This document shows positions 40,302 to 49,431 of a stretch of DNA of 64,000 bases, one piece after another. Origin of the DNA: an uncultured Haloferula sp. (lineage in GTDB: Bacteria; Verrucomicrobiota; Verrucomicrobiia; Verrucomicrobiales; Akkermansiaceae); the NCBI GenBank assembly GCA_965652295.1, contig CBFGTS010000002.1, positions 64,001 through 128,000 on the forward strand, in the 5' to 3' direction. Each line of letters opens with the position of its first letter. The first letter of the stretch is position 1. Both the position numbers and the translations under genes were made by a program. The notes beneath the pieces were generated by a model that made no database searches, had not been told where the DNA came from, and saw only the letters and a program-made list of their open reading frames with translations.

Positions 40302-40990
40302 TCGCCCAGCCTTTCCCGCGCCCGGGCGTCCATTCGAACCGGGATCGTGTCGATGGGAGCCATCACGCCTTCAGGCGTGCGCACCACATTCGCAGGCCGA
40401 AGGTCGAAGACCGCTACATCATCCCGGGCGAATGCCAGCGAATCCTCATACCCGATCGAAAAACGGTCCGGCAGCTGCCGAAAGCCAAGCCTATCCACCA
40501 TCATGGTCACGATTTCCTCCCGAGTGGCAGCTTCTCCTGCAAGGTGCGGCTGACGGGTCAAAATTCGCGGGCGTGTGCGCTCACCGGCAACTCCGACGAA
40601 TGAAACCAAGTCCGCGAATAGCTCGTTGTGAAGCTCCATCCGTTCCAGGTATTCAAGAGGAAGTGCCGGCACAAGGGAGGGTGAGCCAAGCTCGAACGAA
40701 ACCGCATACCCGGCAGCCGCGGGCTTGGTGAATTTGAGCCAAGACGCCTCGTCCTCGATGAAAATCAAATCGTGCTCCCTGCCGCCTTCTTTCAGCGGTT
40801 GGAGGCCTTCGAAGAAGCATCCTGCTTCTTCCGCCCAGCGAACGAGCCGGCGGAAACTTTCATCGTAAATGGACCATCCGTCGATTTCGCCATGCGGTCC
40901 ACCTGGGCGTAGGCGTTCGCCGAGGTTGTGACGGGCCTCGACGAGCGAACGGTCGCGATTCGGGTCAGGTAGGCGCTCTCCTTCATTCAA
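40298..40990 (-). CDS. Polyvalent-protein-type Ser/Thr/Tyr kinase (Kinase-PolyVal-like)
   Basis: GGREH (P-loop), WLKFTK, PLEYLERMELHNELFAD, ILTRQP, DLRPANV (catalytic loop), PID. Start uncertain (TTG 40990 or ATG 41056). Confidence 0.7.
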   Translation of the reverse strand: MNEGERLPDPNRDRSLVEARHNLGERLRPGGPHGEIDGWSIYDESFRRLVRWAEEAGCFFEGLQPLKEGGREHDLIFIEDEASWLKFTKPAAAGYAVSFELGSPSLVPALPLEYLERMELHNELFADLVSFVGVAGERTRPRILTRQPHLAGEAATREEIVTMMVDRLGFRQLPDRFSIGYEDSLAFARDDVAVFDLRPANVVRTPEGVMAPIDTIPVRMDARARERLGE

Positions 40991-41206
40991 CTGCCGAGAA
41001 AATAGGGCAGGCCCAGCGCGTGCGCCAGCAATAATCCGCCCTGCGCAAAATGTCATCCACGACTCGCCCCTAAAAGAACGACCTGTCGACGCGGACAACC
41101 ACGTAGGCGTTGCTGAAGGTTCGTGGATCTGAAGAAGATGTCCACGAGAGGCGAGAAGCTTTCTGAGCTGATTGCAGTTCTGCCTGAAAGAACGAAGGAA
41201 TTTTAG

Positions 41207-41234
41207 ATTCCGCATTACATACATTGTAACAAGT
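41207..41234 (-). other. Candidate chromosomal dif (XerCD) site
   Basis: Minus strand ACTTGTTACAA-TGTATG-TAATGCGGAAT (11-6-11) lies in an AT-rich intergenic gap where skew and KOPS polarity invert. Confidence 0.6.
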
Positions 41235-41274
41235 ATTCCAACGGCTGCGGAAGAAACGCGGATGCCCGGCCTTC

Positions 41275-42174
41275 TTACCGCGGCACCAGCTTCGCGGCGG
41301 TTTGCGGATCCAGATTGAAGCCGCCGGTTTCGAAGTCCTTCACGGGCTCTCCTTCCTGAGCGATGCGCTCGAACGCGATGACCGGTTTGGTGCCCTCGAT
41401 CTCCGACATCAGGTAAACGCGCAGCGCAAACGCCTCCTTGCCGGTCGAGCCCTCCATTGGCTTCACCGTGTAAACGATTTCATTCCGTCCATCGACGGCA
41501 CCGCCGAGCACCACCTCGGCCTCCTTGGTGTTGGCGAAGCGATGGCGGCTGACTCGGTTGATCTGGACGTTCACCTCGCGCCCCGGACAGAAGGCATAGA
41601 CCTTGGCGATGTATTTCGCCGCATTCACGGCCATCGGCACTGGCGGCACGGTGCCCGGGGCGCGGGCTTCGGGGATGTCGTTGAGGTAGCTGTAATCGCC
41701 CGCCTCCAGCTCTTTCCGCACGGCGGGCAGCTCGGCGAGGTTCACGAAATCCGCCCGGTCGTAGAGCCAGCGGCCACCGCTATTTACGAAGGACAATGCG
41801 AGGAGGTTGTTCGTCGGGTTTCCATCGATGCCGAAATTCACAGGGCCGAACCAGACGCCTTTGGCGGTCGCTCCGGCTTGGGAAAGATGGATCAGCTTCA
41901 ATTTCTCAAGGCTCGGCGGCGGCACCGGCACCTCGAAAATGGCGGTTGGAAACGGTCGCTTCTCGGAAACGATGCGGTTTTTCACCTCCATCTGCCGGTG
42001 CGGTGCGGTGAGCGCCTGCCACTGGCGCGCATCCTTGCGGACAAAGGCATTGCGCCAGCCGTGGTAGACCTTGGCCAGCTTAGCACCCAGTTCAGCGTCA
42101 GGCGCTTGCGCCTGCGCCACGCCGGAGCTGAGAGCGAGGAACGCGCCGACGATGAGAGTTTTGCAGCGATTCAT
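41275..42174 (-). CDS. Exported hypothetical protein
   Basis: 299-aa ORF with signal peptide (…GVAQAQA) and host-like codon usage. Confidence 0.8.
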   Translation of the reverse strand: MNRCKTLIVGAFLALSSGVAQAQAPDAELGAKLAKVYHGWRNAFVRKDARQWQALTAPHRQMEVKNRIVSEKRPFPTAIFEVPVPPPSLEKLKLIHLSQAGATAKGVWFGPVNFGIDGNPTNNLLALSFVNSGGRWLYDRADFVNLAELPAVRKELEAGDYSYLNDIPEARAPGTVPPVPMAVNAAKYIAKVYAFCPGREVNVQINRVSRHRFANTKEAEVVLGGAVDGRNEIVYTVKPMEGSTGKEAFALRVYLMSEIEGTKPVIAFERIAQEGEPVKDFETGGFNLDPQTAAKLVPR

Positions 42175-42232
42175 TGGTGAAAACAGTTGGATAAGTGCCT
42201 ACGGGAAACAACACTCCTTTTTCTGCACCTGC

Positions 42233-43072
42233 ATGAGCGTTTTATTCCGAGTCCCCCCGATCGGCCAGGCACGACAAAAGGAGATGATGAAGTCCGCGGT
42301 GGAATTTGCCTACCGCGAGACCGACCAAGGCCCCCTGAGTGTTCACTTTTTCCTCCCCGAGGACTACCAGGAAGGCGACGACCGGACGGTGGTGGTATTT
42401 TTCCACGGTGGTTTCTGGGATTCCCCGATGATCACCCAGTTCGTGCCCCAGTGCCTGCATTTTGCCTCCCGCGGCGCGGTGGCGGTGGTGGTGGAAACGC
42501 GGCTGCAATCGGTCCACGGAAGCGGCCCGCTGGAGGCGATCGAGGATGTGGACGCGTTCTTCGGCTGGTTGCGTGAAAAGGCGGCAGAGGTTCGGATGCA
42601 GCTCGATCGCGTGGTCATTGGCGGGACCGCCGGTGGTGCTTTCCTGGCCCTCGACCAAGCCCTGCGGCCCATCGGCAAGGAACCCGATCCGGTCCGGATT
42701 GATTTCAAGGCGCTGTTGCTGTTCAGCGCGTTGGTCAACACCACCGCTCCTGAAATCGCCGCCCGTTTCCCCGACGCCTCTTCGGCGAAAAAAGTCAGTC
42801 CGCTGAAGCGTCCGCGGCGTCACGCGCCGCCGATGATGTTCTTCCACGGCCGGCGCGACCGCCTGACGCCGGTGACGGACGTGCAGAAGTTCTGCCGGAA
42901 AATGAGATGGCGGAAGAACCGGGTGGAGCTCGTGGACTACGACAAGGCCGAGCATTCGTTCTTCAATTTCAACGTCTCCGAGTTCTATTACGAGCTCACG
43001 ATCAAGGCCGCCGACCATTTCCTGGTCGACCTCGGCCTGCTTGAGCCGGATCCTTTCGACGACGTGGCTTGA
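42233..43072 (+). CDS. Alpha/beta hydrolase (esterase-like), Thr at nucleophile position
   Basis: FFHGGFW, GGTAGG, HGRRD and EHSFFN motifs. Start at 42233 or 42284. Confidence 0.82.
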   Translation: MSVLFRVPPIGQARQKEMMKSAVEFAYRETDQGPLSVHFFLPEDYQEGDDRTVVVFFHGGFWDSPMITQFVPQCLHFASRGAVAVVVETRLQSVHGSGPLEAIEDVDAFFGWLREKAAEVRMQLDRVVIGGTAGGAFLALDQALRPIGKEPDPVRIDFKALLLFSALVNTTAPEIAARFPDASSAKKVSPLKRPRRHAPPMMFFHGRRDRLTPVTDVQKFCRKMRWRKNRVELVDYDKAEHSFFNFNVSEFYYELTIKAADHFLVDLGLLEPDPFDDVA

Positions 43073-43236
43073 AGCCGCGGGCCGGGCTGGGTTTCGCGTC
43101 CGCTCCGGGGTACAATTCCTGCTTGGCAGGCATCCCGCCCTGCCGTTTATTCCCCGCCCCGCTCCGGTCAGGAAAAACCCGTCGGTTTCCGCCCGTCCGG
43201 CCCGGTATTCCGAGGGCTTATCCCGAGATTTTTGAA

Positions 43237-46200
43237 ATGAACCGCTTCTATCACTCGTCCACCCCGTCCGTTCCCGGTTCCCTCCACACGTTGCGCGAAG
43301 AGCACGACAACTGCGGCATGGGGGCCATCGCGAACCTCAACGGCGAGCGCAGCTACAAGGTCCTCGACTACGCCCTCACCTCGGTCAGCTGCATGACCCA
43401 CCGCGGCGCGGTCGACGCCGACATGAAGACGGGCGATGGCTCGGGCATCTTGTCGCAGATCCCCTACCCGATTTTCGAAAAGGCGGCCAAGGCGCTCGGA
43501 GCGGAAGTGCCCGGCGAGGAGATCGCCGTGGGTGTGTTCTTTTTCCCGGCCGATAAGACCGTGACGGACGCACTCCGCACGAAGGCGGAGACCGCGGTGA
43601 AGGATCGCGGCATCGAGATCATCGGCTGGCGCGTGGTGCCGGTGAACCCCGACGCACTCGGCGAACTCGCGCGTGCCACCCAGCCTTACATCGAGCACCT
43701 GCTGCTGCGCCGCCCGGCGGACACCGATCCCGAGACTTTCGAGCGCCAGCTTTTCCTCGTTCGTCGCCGGATCGAGCTGGCAACCCGTGAGGTGAAGGAC
43801 TTCTACATCCCCACCCTCTCCTGCCGGCTTATTTCCTACAAGGGTCTCGCGATGCCGGAAGCGCTCAAGGGCTTCTACGATGACCTTCGTAGTCCGGATT
43901 TCCAAACGGCGATCGCGCTCTACCACCAGCGTTTCTCGACCAACACCTTCCCGGCCTGGCCGCTCGGTCAGCCGTTCCGGATGCTCGCCCACAATGGCGA
44001 GATCAACACGGTCGAGGGCAACCGCAACTGGCTGTCCAGCCGCGAGGACTACTTCGAATCCGAGGTCTGGGGCGAGGACATCGAGCTGCTGAAGAATCTC
44101 ATCCGCGAGGGCGAATCGGACTCGTCCTCACTCGACCACGCGCTGGAGGTGCTGGTGCTTTCCGGCCGCTCGCTGGAGCACGCGATGTGCATGCTGGTGC
44201 CGCCGGCCTATCGCAACGACGAGGACATTTCCGACGACCTGCGGGCTTTCTACCAATACATCCGCTCGTTCTCCGAGCCCTGGGACGGCCCGGCGGGTCT
44301 CGTTTACACCGATGGCGTGAAGCTCTGCGCCTCGCTCGACCGCAACGGCCTTCGTCCCTCGCGCTTCAAGCTGACCGAGGACGGCCTGCTTTACATCGGT
44401 TCGGAAGCCGGCGCGGTGGTCATTGATGACAGCATCGTGGTCCGCAAGGGTCGTCTCGGGCCCGGTCAAATGCTTTCGGCAAATACCGCCACGGGTGAGT
44501 TCAAGAACGACCGCGAGATCAAGGAGGAGCTCGCCCAGCAGAAGCCGTATCGCCGCTGGATCGATGAGAACCGCCTTGAGCTGCGTCGCTTCGTTTCACC
44601 GGAGGCCCATGCGCCGGATGAAGAACCGGACGCGCTTGAGCTTTCCCGCCAACAAGTCGCCCACGGCATCTCGATGGAGGAGCTGGACATGGTGTTTCCT
44701 CCGATGATCAAGGGAGCTCAGGAAGCCGTGTATTCGATGGGTGACGACATCCCGCTCGCCGCTCTCTCGACCTACCCGCGGCTGCTCTACACCTACTTCA
44801 AGCAGCGTTTCGCCCAGGTCACGAACCCGCCGATCGATCCGATCCGCGAATGGGCCGTGATGACGATTTCGGCCGGCCTCGGCCCCGAGCGCAACTGGCT
44901 CGCCGAGACGCCGGAGCACTGCCGCATCGTCAACATCGATGCCGCGATCGTCTTCGAGCACCAGGTCGAGCGCATGAAACACCTCGGCTCGGAAGGTTTC
45001 CCCGCGACCGTGCTGGACATCACCTGGGATGCCGCCAGCGGCGTTGCCGGAATGAAGACGCGCCTCGACGAGCTTTGCGGCGAGGCGGAAAAGGCGATCG
45101 ACGAGGGTTCCAACATCCTGATCCTCTCCGATCGTGGGATTTCCGCGGAGCGGGTGGCGATTCCGTCGATGCTCGCCACCGGCACCATCCACCACCATCT
45201 CATCCGCGCCCGCAAGCGTCTCCAGGCTTCGCTGGTTCTGGAGTCCGGCGAAGTGCGCGATACCCATCAAGTCGCCTGCGTGTTCAGCGTCGGTGCCACG
45301 GTCGTCTGCCCGTATCTCGGCTTCGCGACGGTGCGTCAGCTGGTGGCGACCAAGAAGATGGGCGAGGACATGACGGCCGAGAAGGCGATGGAGAACTACC
45401 GCAAGGCGCTTGAGAAAGGCCTGCTCAAGATCATGTCGAAGATGGGCATTTCCGTGCTCAACTCCTACCAGGGCGCGCAGATTCTCGAAGCCATCGGCAT
45501 CGGCAAGGACGTCATCGAGGCGTCCTTCAGCGGCATGCACTCGAAGATCGGAGGCATCGGCTTTGCCGAAATCGCCGAGGAATCTCTGATCCGTCACCGT
45601 GCGGGCTATACCACCGAGGTGCCGGTCGGTGAGACGCTCGATCTCGGAGACCCCGGCTACAATCGTTTCCGCAAGAGCGGCGAGCGCCACGTGCTGACGA
45701 CCGAGGTCATCAAGAATTTCCACACCTATGTGAAAAGCGGCAAGCCCGAGGATTACGAGGGCTATGTGAAGGCCAGCCTGGAGAACCAACCGGCCGCCAT
45801 CAAGGACCTGTTCGAGTTCGTTCCGTCGTCCAGCGGCCCGGTGCCGCTCGACGAGGTTGAGCCGATCGAGGATATCCGCCGTCGTTTCACCACCGCGGCC
45901 ATGTCACTCGGCGCGCTGTCGCCGGAGGCCCACGAAACGTTGGCCATCGCGATGAACCGCATCGGTGCCAAGTCCGATTCGGGCGAAGGCGGCGAGGACA
46001 CCAAGCGCTTCGGTCCGTATCCGAACGGCGATCTTGCCCGCTCTTACATCAAGCAGATCGCATCCGGTCGCTTCGGCGTCTCGGCTCACTACCTGGTGAA
46101 CGCCGACGAGCTGGAAATCAAGATGGCCCAGGGCGCGAAGCCCGGTGAAGGCGGCCAACTCCCCGGCCACAAGGTCAACGCGCTGATCGCCCGCCTGCGC

Positions 46201-47904
46201 AACACGCAGCCCGGCGTTCAGCTTATTTCACCGCCGCCGCACCACGATATCTATAGTATCGAGGACCTCGCGCAGCTCATCCACGACCTCAAGGAAGTCA
46301 ATCCCCGCGCCCGCGTGACCGTCAAGCTGGTCGCGGAAACCGGCGTCGGCACCGTTGCCGCCGGGGTCGCCAAGGCCAGCGCCGACAACATCCTCATCTC
46401 CGGTCACGATGGTGGCACGGCGGCATCTCCGCTTTCCTCCACCAAGCACGCCGGTGCGCCGTGGGAACTCGGGGTGGCCGAAGCGCAGCAGACGCTGATC
46501 ATCAACAACCTCCGCAACCGTGTGGTGCTCCGCACCGACGGCGGACTGCGCAACGGCCGCGACATCGTCACCGCGGCGATTCTCGGCGCCGAGCAGTACA
46601 ACTTCGGCACCATCGCCATGATCGCCATGGGCTGCGTCTACGTGCGCAAGTGCCACCTCAACAACTGCCCGGTCGGCGTCGCCACCACCGATCCGAAGTG
46701 GCGCGCAAAATTCAAAGGCACGCCGGAAATGGTCATCAACTTCCTCAACGGCGTCGCCCAGGAGGCCCGCGAAATCATGGCCAAACTCGGCGTGCGCACG
46801 CTCGATGAGCTGATCGGCCGCCCTGATTTCCTGCGTCAGCGGGAGATCCCGAATCACCCGAAGGCGAACACACTCGACCTTTCGCCGATTCTCAAGGACG
46901 TCGTCCCTCACCTCGCCGAGCAACGCGGCATCGACCCGGCGACCATTTCCCGGATCTGCACGCAGGACCGCAACGATGGCATCTCGAAAACCTCCTTGGA
47001 TCTTCTGGTTCTCGCCGACCTCAAGCGCGAGCTGGGCGTCGATCCCGACGCCCGGCCGGCTGCGATCGAATACGGCGCGGAGGCCATCGATCAGGCGACC
47101 TACGATGCCATCAAAATCCTGCCCGACCGCGAACCGGTCACCCTCAGCTACGGCGTGGTGAATACCGACCGCAACATCGGCACCCGCCTGGCGGGTCGCA
47201 TTGCCGAGGTGCATGGAAACCACGGTTTCAACGGCCATACCGCGGTGACGCTGAATCTCTCCGGCTCCGCCGGCCAATCGCTCGGCTGTTTCATGGTTTC
47301 CGGCATGCGCATCGTTCTCACCGGCGAGGCCAACGACTACGTCGGCAAAGGCATGGCCGGCGGCGAGATTGTCGTCCACCCGCCCGCCAACGCGAAGTTC
47401 GAGTTCCACAAGAACTCGATCGCCGGCAATACCTGTCTCTACGGTGCGACCGGCGGCCGAGTCTTCCTCAACGGCCGCGCCGGCGAACGCTTCGGCGTGC
47501 GGAACTCCGGTGCGGTGGCGGTCGTCGAAGGCGTGGGTGACCACGGCTGCGAATACATGACCAATGGCACCATCGCCATCCTTGGCCGCACCGGGAAAAA
47601 CTTCGGTGCCGGCATGTCCGGTGGCACCGCCTACGTTTACGACGTGGACGGCCGGTTCTACTCCCGCGTGAACAACGAGATGGTCGTGGCCCTGCCGATC
47701 AAGCGCGAGGCCGATGCGGTGATGATCAAGGCGCTCATCGAGGCTCACGTCGAGGCCACCGGAAGTCCGCACGGCAAGGACCTGCTCGGAAACTGGGACG
47801 AAGAGGTCCGCCGTTTCGTCCGCGTCATTCCCAAGGAGCGCGCCGCCCTCGAAGCCGCTGAAGAGCAGCACGAATCGGCTTCCGAGCCGGTTGCCGTCCG
47901 TTGA
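43237..47904 (+). CDS. gltB: Glutamate synthase large subunit
   Basis: EHDNCGMG, HQRFSTNT, FAQVTNPPID, EIKMAQGAKPGEGGQLP and CHLNNCPVG motifs. Confidence 0.97.
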   Translation: MNRFYHSSTPSVPGSLHTLREEHDNCGMGAIANLNGERSYKVLDYALTSVSCMTHRGAVDADMKTGDGSGILSQIPYPIFEKAAKALGAEVPGEEIAVGVFFFPADKTVTDALRTKAETAVKDRGIEIIGWRVVPVNPDALGELARATQPYIEHLLLRRPADTDPETFERQLFLVRRRIELATREVKDFYIPTLSCRLISYKGLAMPEALKGFYDDLRSPDFQTAIALYHQRFSTNTFPAWPLGQPFRMLAHNGEINTVEGNRNWLSSREDYFESEVWGEDIELLKNLIREGESDSSSLDHALEVLVLSGRSLEHAMCMLVPPAYRNDEDISDDLRAFYQYIRSFSEPWDGPAGLVYTDGVKLCASLDRNGLRPSRFKLTEDGLLYIGSEAGAVVIDDSIVVRKGRLGPGQMLSANTATGEFKNDREIKEELAQQKPYRRWIDENRLELRRFVSPEAHAPDEEPDALELSRQQVAHGISMEELDMVFPPMIKGAQEAVYSMGDDIPLAALSTYPRLLYTYFKQRFAQVTNPPIDPIREWAVMTISAGLGPERNWLAETPEHCRIVNIDAAIVFEHQVERMKHLGSEGFPATVLDITWDAASGVAGMKTRLDELCGEAEKAIDEGSNILILSDRGISAERVAIPSMLATGTIHHHLIRARKRLQASLVLESGEVRDTHQVACVFSVGATVVCPYLGFATVRQLVATKKMGEDMTAEKAMENYRKALEKGLLKIMSKMGISVLNSYQGAQILEAIGIGKDVIEASFSGMHSKIGGIGFAEIAEESLIRHRAGYTTEVPVGETLDLGDPGYNRFRKSGERHVLTTEVIKNFHTYVKSGKPEDYEGYVKASLENQPAAIKDLFEFVPSSSGPVPLDEVEPIEDIRRRFTTAAMSLGALSPEAHETLAIAMNRIGAKSDSGEGGEDTKRFGPYPNGDLARSYIKQIASGRFGVSAHYLVNADELEIKMAQGAKPGEGGQLPGHKVNALIARLRNTQPGVQLISPPPHHDIYSIEDLAQLIHDLKEVNPRARVTVKLVAETGVGTVAAGVAKASADNILISGHDGGTAASPLSSTKHAGAPWELGVAEAQQTLIINNLRNRVVLRTDGGLRNGRDIVTAAILGAEQYNFGTIAMIAMGCVYVRKCHLNNCPVGVATTDPKWRAKFKGTPEMVINFLNGVAQEAREIMAKLGVRTLDELIGRPDFLRQREIPNHPKANTLDLSPILKDVVPHLAEQRGIDPATISRICTQDRNDGISKTSLDLLVLADLKRELGVDPDARPAAIEYGAEAIDQATYDAIKILPDREPVTLSYGVVNTDRNIGTRLAGRIAEVHGNHGFNGHTAVTLNLSGSAGQSLGCFMVSGMRIVLTGEANDYVGKGMAGGEIVVHPPANAKFEFHKNSIAGNTCLYGATGGRVFLNGRAGERFGVRNSGAVAVVEGVGDHGCEYMTNGTIAILGRTGKNFGAGMSGGTAYVYDVDGRFYSRVNNEMVVALPIKREADAVMIKALIEAHVEATGSPHGKDLLGNWDEEVRRFVRVIPKERAALEAAEEQHESASEPVAVR

Positions 47905-47920
47905 TCCGATTCACTCCCCG

Positions 47921-47947
47921 GGCTTCCGCCGCATTCCGGCGGAAGCC
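47921..47947. terminator. GC-rich hairpin between convergent genes
   Basis: GGCTTCCGCCG-CATTC-CGGCGGAAGCC, perfect 11-bp stem; no clear U-tract. Confidence 0.5.
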
Positions 47948-48026
47948 AAAAGGAGCGGCGGGCATCGACCGCCGGACAGGCCGAGATCCGCTCGACCGGC
48001 CTCTTCGAGGTTCCCCGACTCCGTCC

Positions 48027-48851
48027 TCAGGGTTCCACCGCGAGGAACTCCAGCAGCTCTGCCAGCGCCCCGGCCGTGGCGAGCAGGTCCGTGTGTCCGG
48101 CCGGGCTACTGCTGATAACGTAGTCGGCAGCGTCCGGCGCGCCGTCCTTCTGGGCGGTCGTCGCAAAACGGAAGCGATCTTCCTTTCCCCGCCATCGCTC
48201 CAGATGGCGCGCGGTTTCCGAGCCGGCGACCTCCAACGGCAGCCCGCTCGCATCCTCAAGCCAGACGAGCGTCTCCCCGTCCTTCATTCGGCGCTCCAGG
48301 CGGGCGAAGGTCTCGGCGGCCGCATCCGACTTCTGACGCGCATGCGGCAGGAAACAAAACTTCACGGGGCGGGCCGGCTCTTCGCCTGACATCGCCCCAG
48401 CGACCGAGAGCAGCATCAGAACCCCCGAGTAATCCCCGGAGTCCTCCTTGAGATCGTAACCGGTCGCCACCCACAGCGCGGGCACTTTCCCAGATCCCAG
48501 AGTGAAGATGAGAATCGGCCACCCCCCTTCCCCGGCGCCCGGCAGGCGTTCGACTTCATATCCCGCATTGGCCGGCCCCAGAGTGCCTTCGATCATCGCC
48601 GCCATCCGCGTCAGACCGCGTTCTCCTTCCGGGGAGCCCAGATGACGCGGGGTGGCAAAGGTCCGGATCTTTTCGAGATCCGCCGAGAGCGTTTCGCGGG
48701 AAACCTCCAGAGCGAACCGATGCCTCTCTTCCGGTTGCTGGGACCGCCCATGCCACTGCCACCAAGCGACCGCGGTGGTGACTACCAGCCCGACCGGAAA
48801 GCCCACCAGTAACACCGCCATCCAGCGCTTCGAACGATTCTCCTCCGTCAC
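48027..48851 (-). CDS. Membrane-anchored hypothetical protein, degenerate M28 peptidase-like fold
   Basis: N-terminal TM helix; LWVATGYD…SGVLMLLSVA…PVKFCFLP resembles an M28 core without Zn ligands. Confidence 0.5.
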   Translation of the reverse strand: MTEENRSKRWMAVLLVGFPVGLVVTTAVAWWQWHGRSQQPEERHRFALEVSRETLSADLEKIRTFATPRHLGSPEGERGLTRMAAMIEGTLGPANAGYEVERLPGAGEGGWPILIFTLGSGKVPALWVATGYDLKEDSGDYSGVLMLLSVAGAMSGEEPARPVKFCFLPHARQKSDAAAETFARLERRMKDGETLVWLEDASGLPLEVAGSETARHLERWRGKEDRFRFATTAQKDGAPDAADYVISSSPAGHTDLLATAGALAELLEFLAVEP

Positions 48852-48984
48852 GCCCCTCCCATCGGTCCGGCACTCCGAAGTGTCCACTGAGAAAACACCA
48901 TCCCATCCATCGGTAGAATGTCACCCGTCACTCCCGCGAGCCGGCGTCACTGAGGCCTGCAGTGTTCCGCTCATCGATTCAAAA

Positions 48985-49057
<73 letters not shown>

Positions 49058-49119
49058 TGGAAAAAACCGACGGCTTTCTGGCGCTTTGTCGGAGAGGCAG
49101 CAAGAGGAATACGGGACAG

Positions 49120-49161
49120 AAAAAAGCGGACGAGAACACCCGAAGGCATCCACCATCCGCT
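49120..49161 (-). terminator. Rho-independent terminator downstream of the 74-aa gene
   Basis: Minus strand AGCGGATGG-TG-GATGCC-TTCG-GGTGTT-CT-CGTCCGC followed by TTTTTT. Confidence 0.7.
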
Positions 49162-49206
49162 CGCACCCCGGTCGTTCTGATTGAACGAGACCCCGGAGGA
49201 CACTCC

Positions 49207-49431
49207 TCAAGCCGCGATCTCGTAGTGCTCCGCGATCTGGCGGAAGATACGGTCGCGGCGCTCGCGGGCCTGATCGACGTCGCGGGTTTTCAAGGAAAAA
49301 CGCAGGCGTTCAGCGGTCGCATCGGGCTTGTGGACGGTGAGGTGGCACCACCAGACGCCGCGATTGTTCCAAAGGTGATGATTGGGGTTATCATGATTCA
49401 CTCTGAGGGCGAGCTTCGCTTTGCGTTTCAT
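49207..49431 (-). CDS. Small basic protein resembling an integrase N-terminal arm-binding (DUF6538-like) domain
   Basis: HLWNNRGVWWCHLTV…RLRFSLKTRDVDQARERRD; has its own terminator. Confidence 0.7.
   Translation of the reverse strand: MKRKAKLALRVNHDNPNHHLWNNRGVWWCHLTVHKPDATAERLRFSLKTRDVDQARERRDRIFRQIAEHYEIAA

Noticed and set aside
40792..40986. 64-aa alternative-frame ORF nested in the 5' end of the kinase (possible third TA component)
   Set aside because: No RBS or recognisable motif; it cannot be distinguished from chance without conservation data.
41057..41224. N-terminal extension of the kinase ORF to 41224
   Set aside because: It runs into the dif-like site and AT-rich spacer and does not look protein-like; a later start is preferred.
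42186..42196. DnaA-box-like GTTGGATAA suggesting oriC
   Set aside because: It is a single box with two mismatches, and the skew direction and KOPS-like polarity indicate a terminus.
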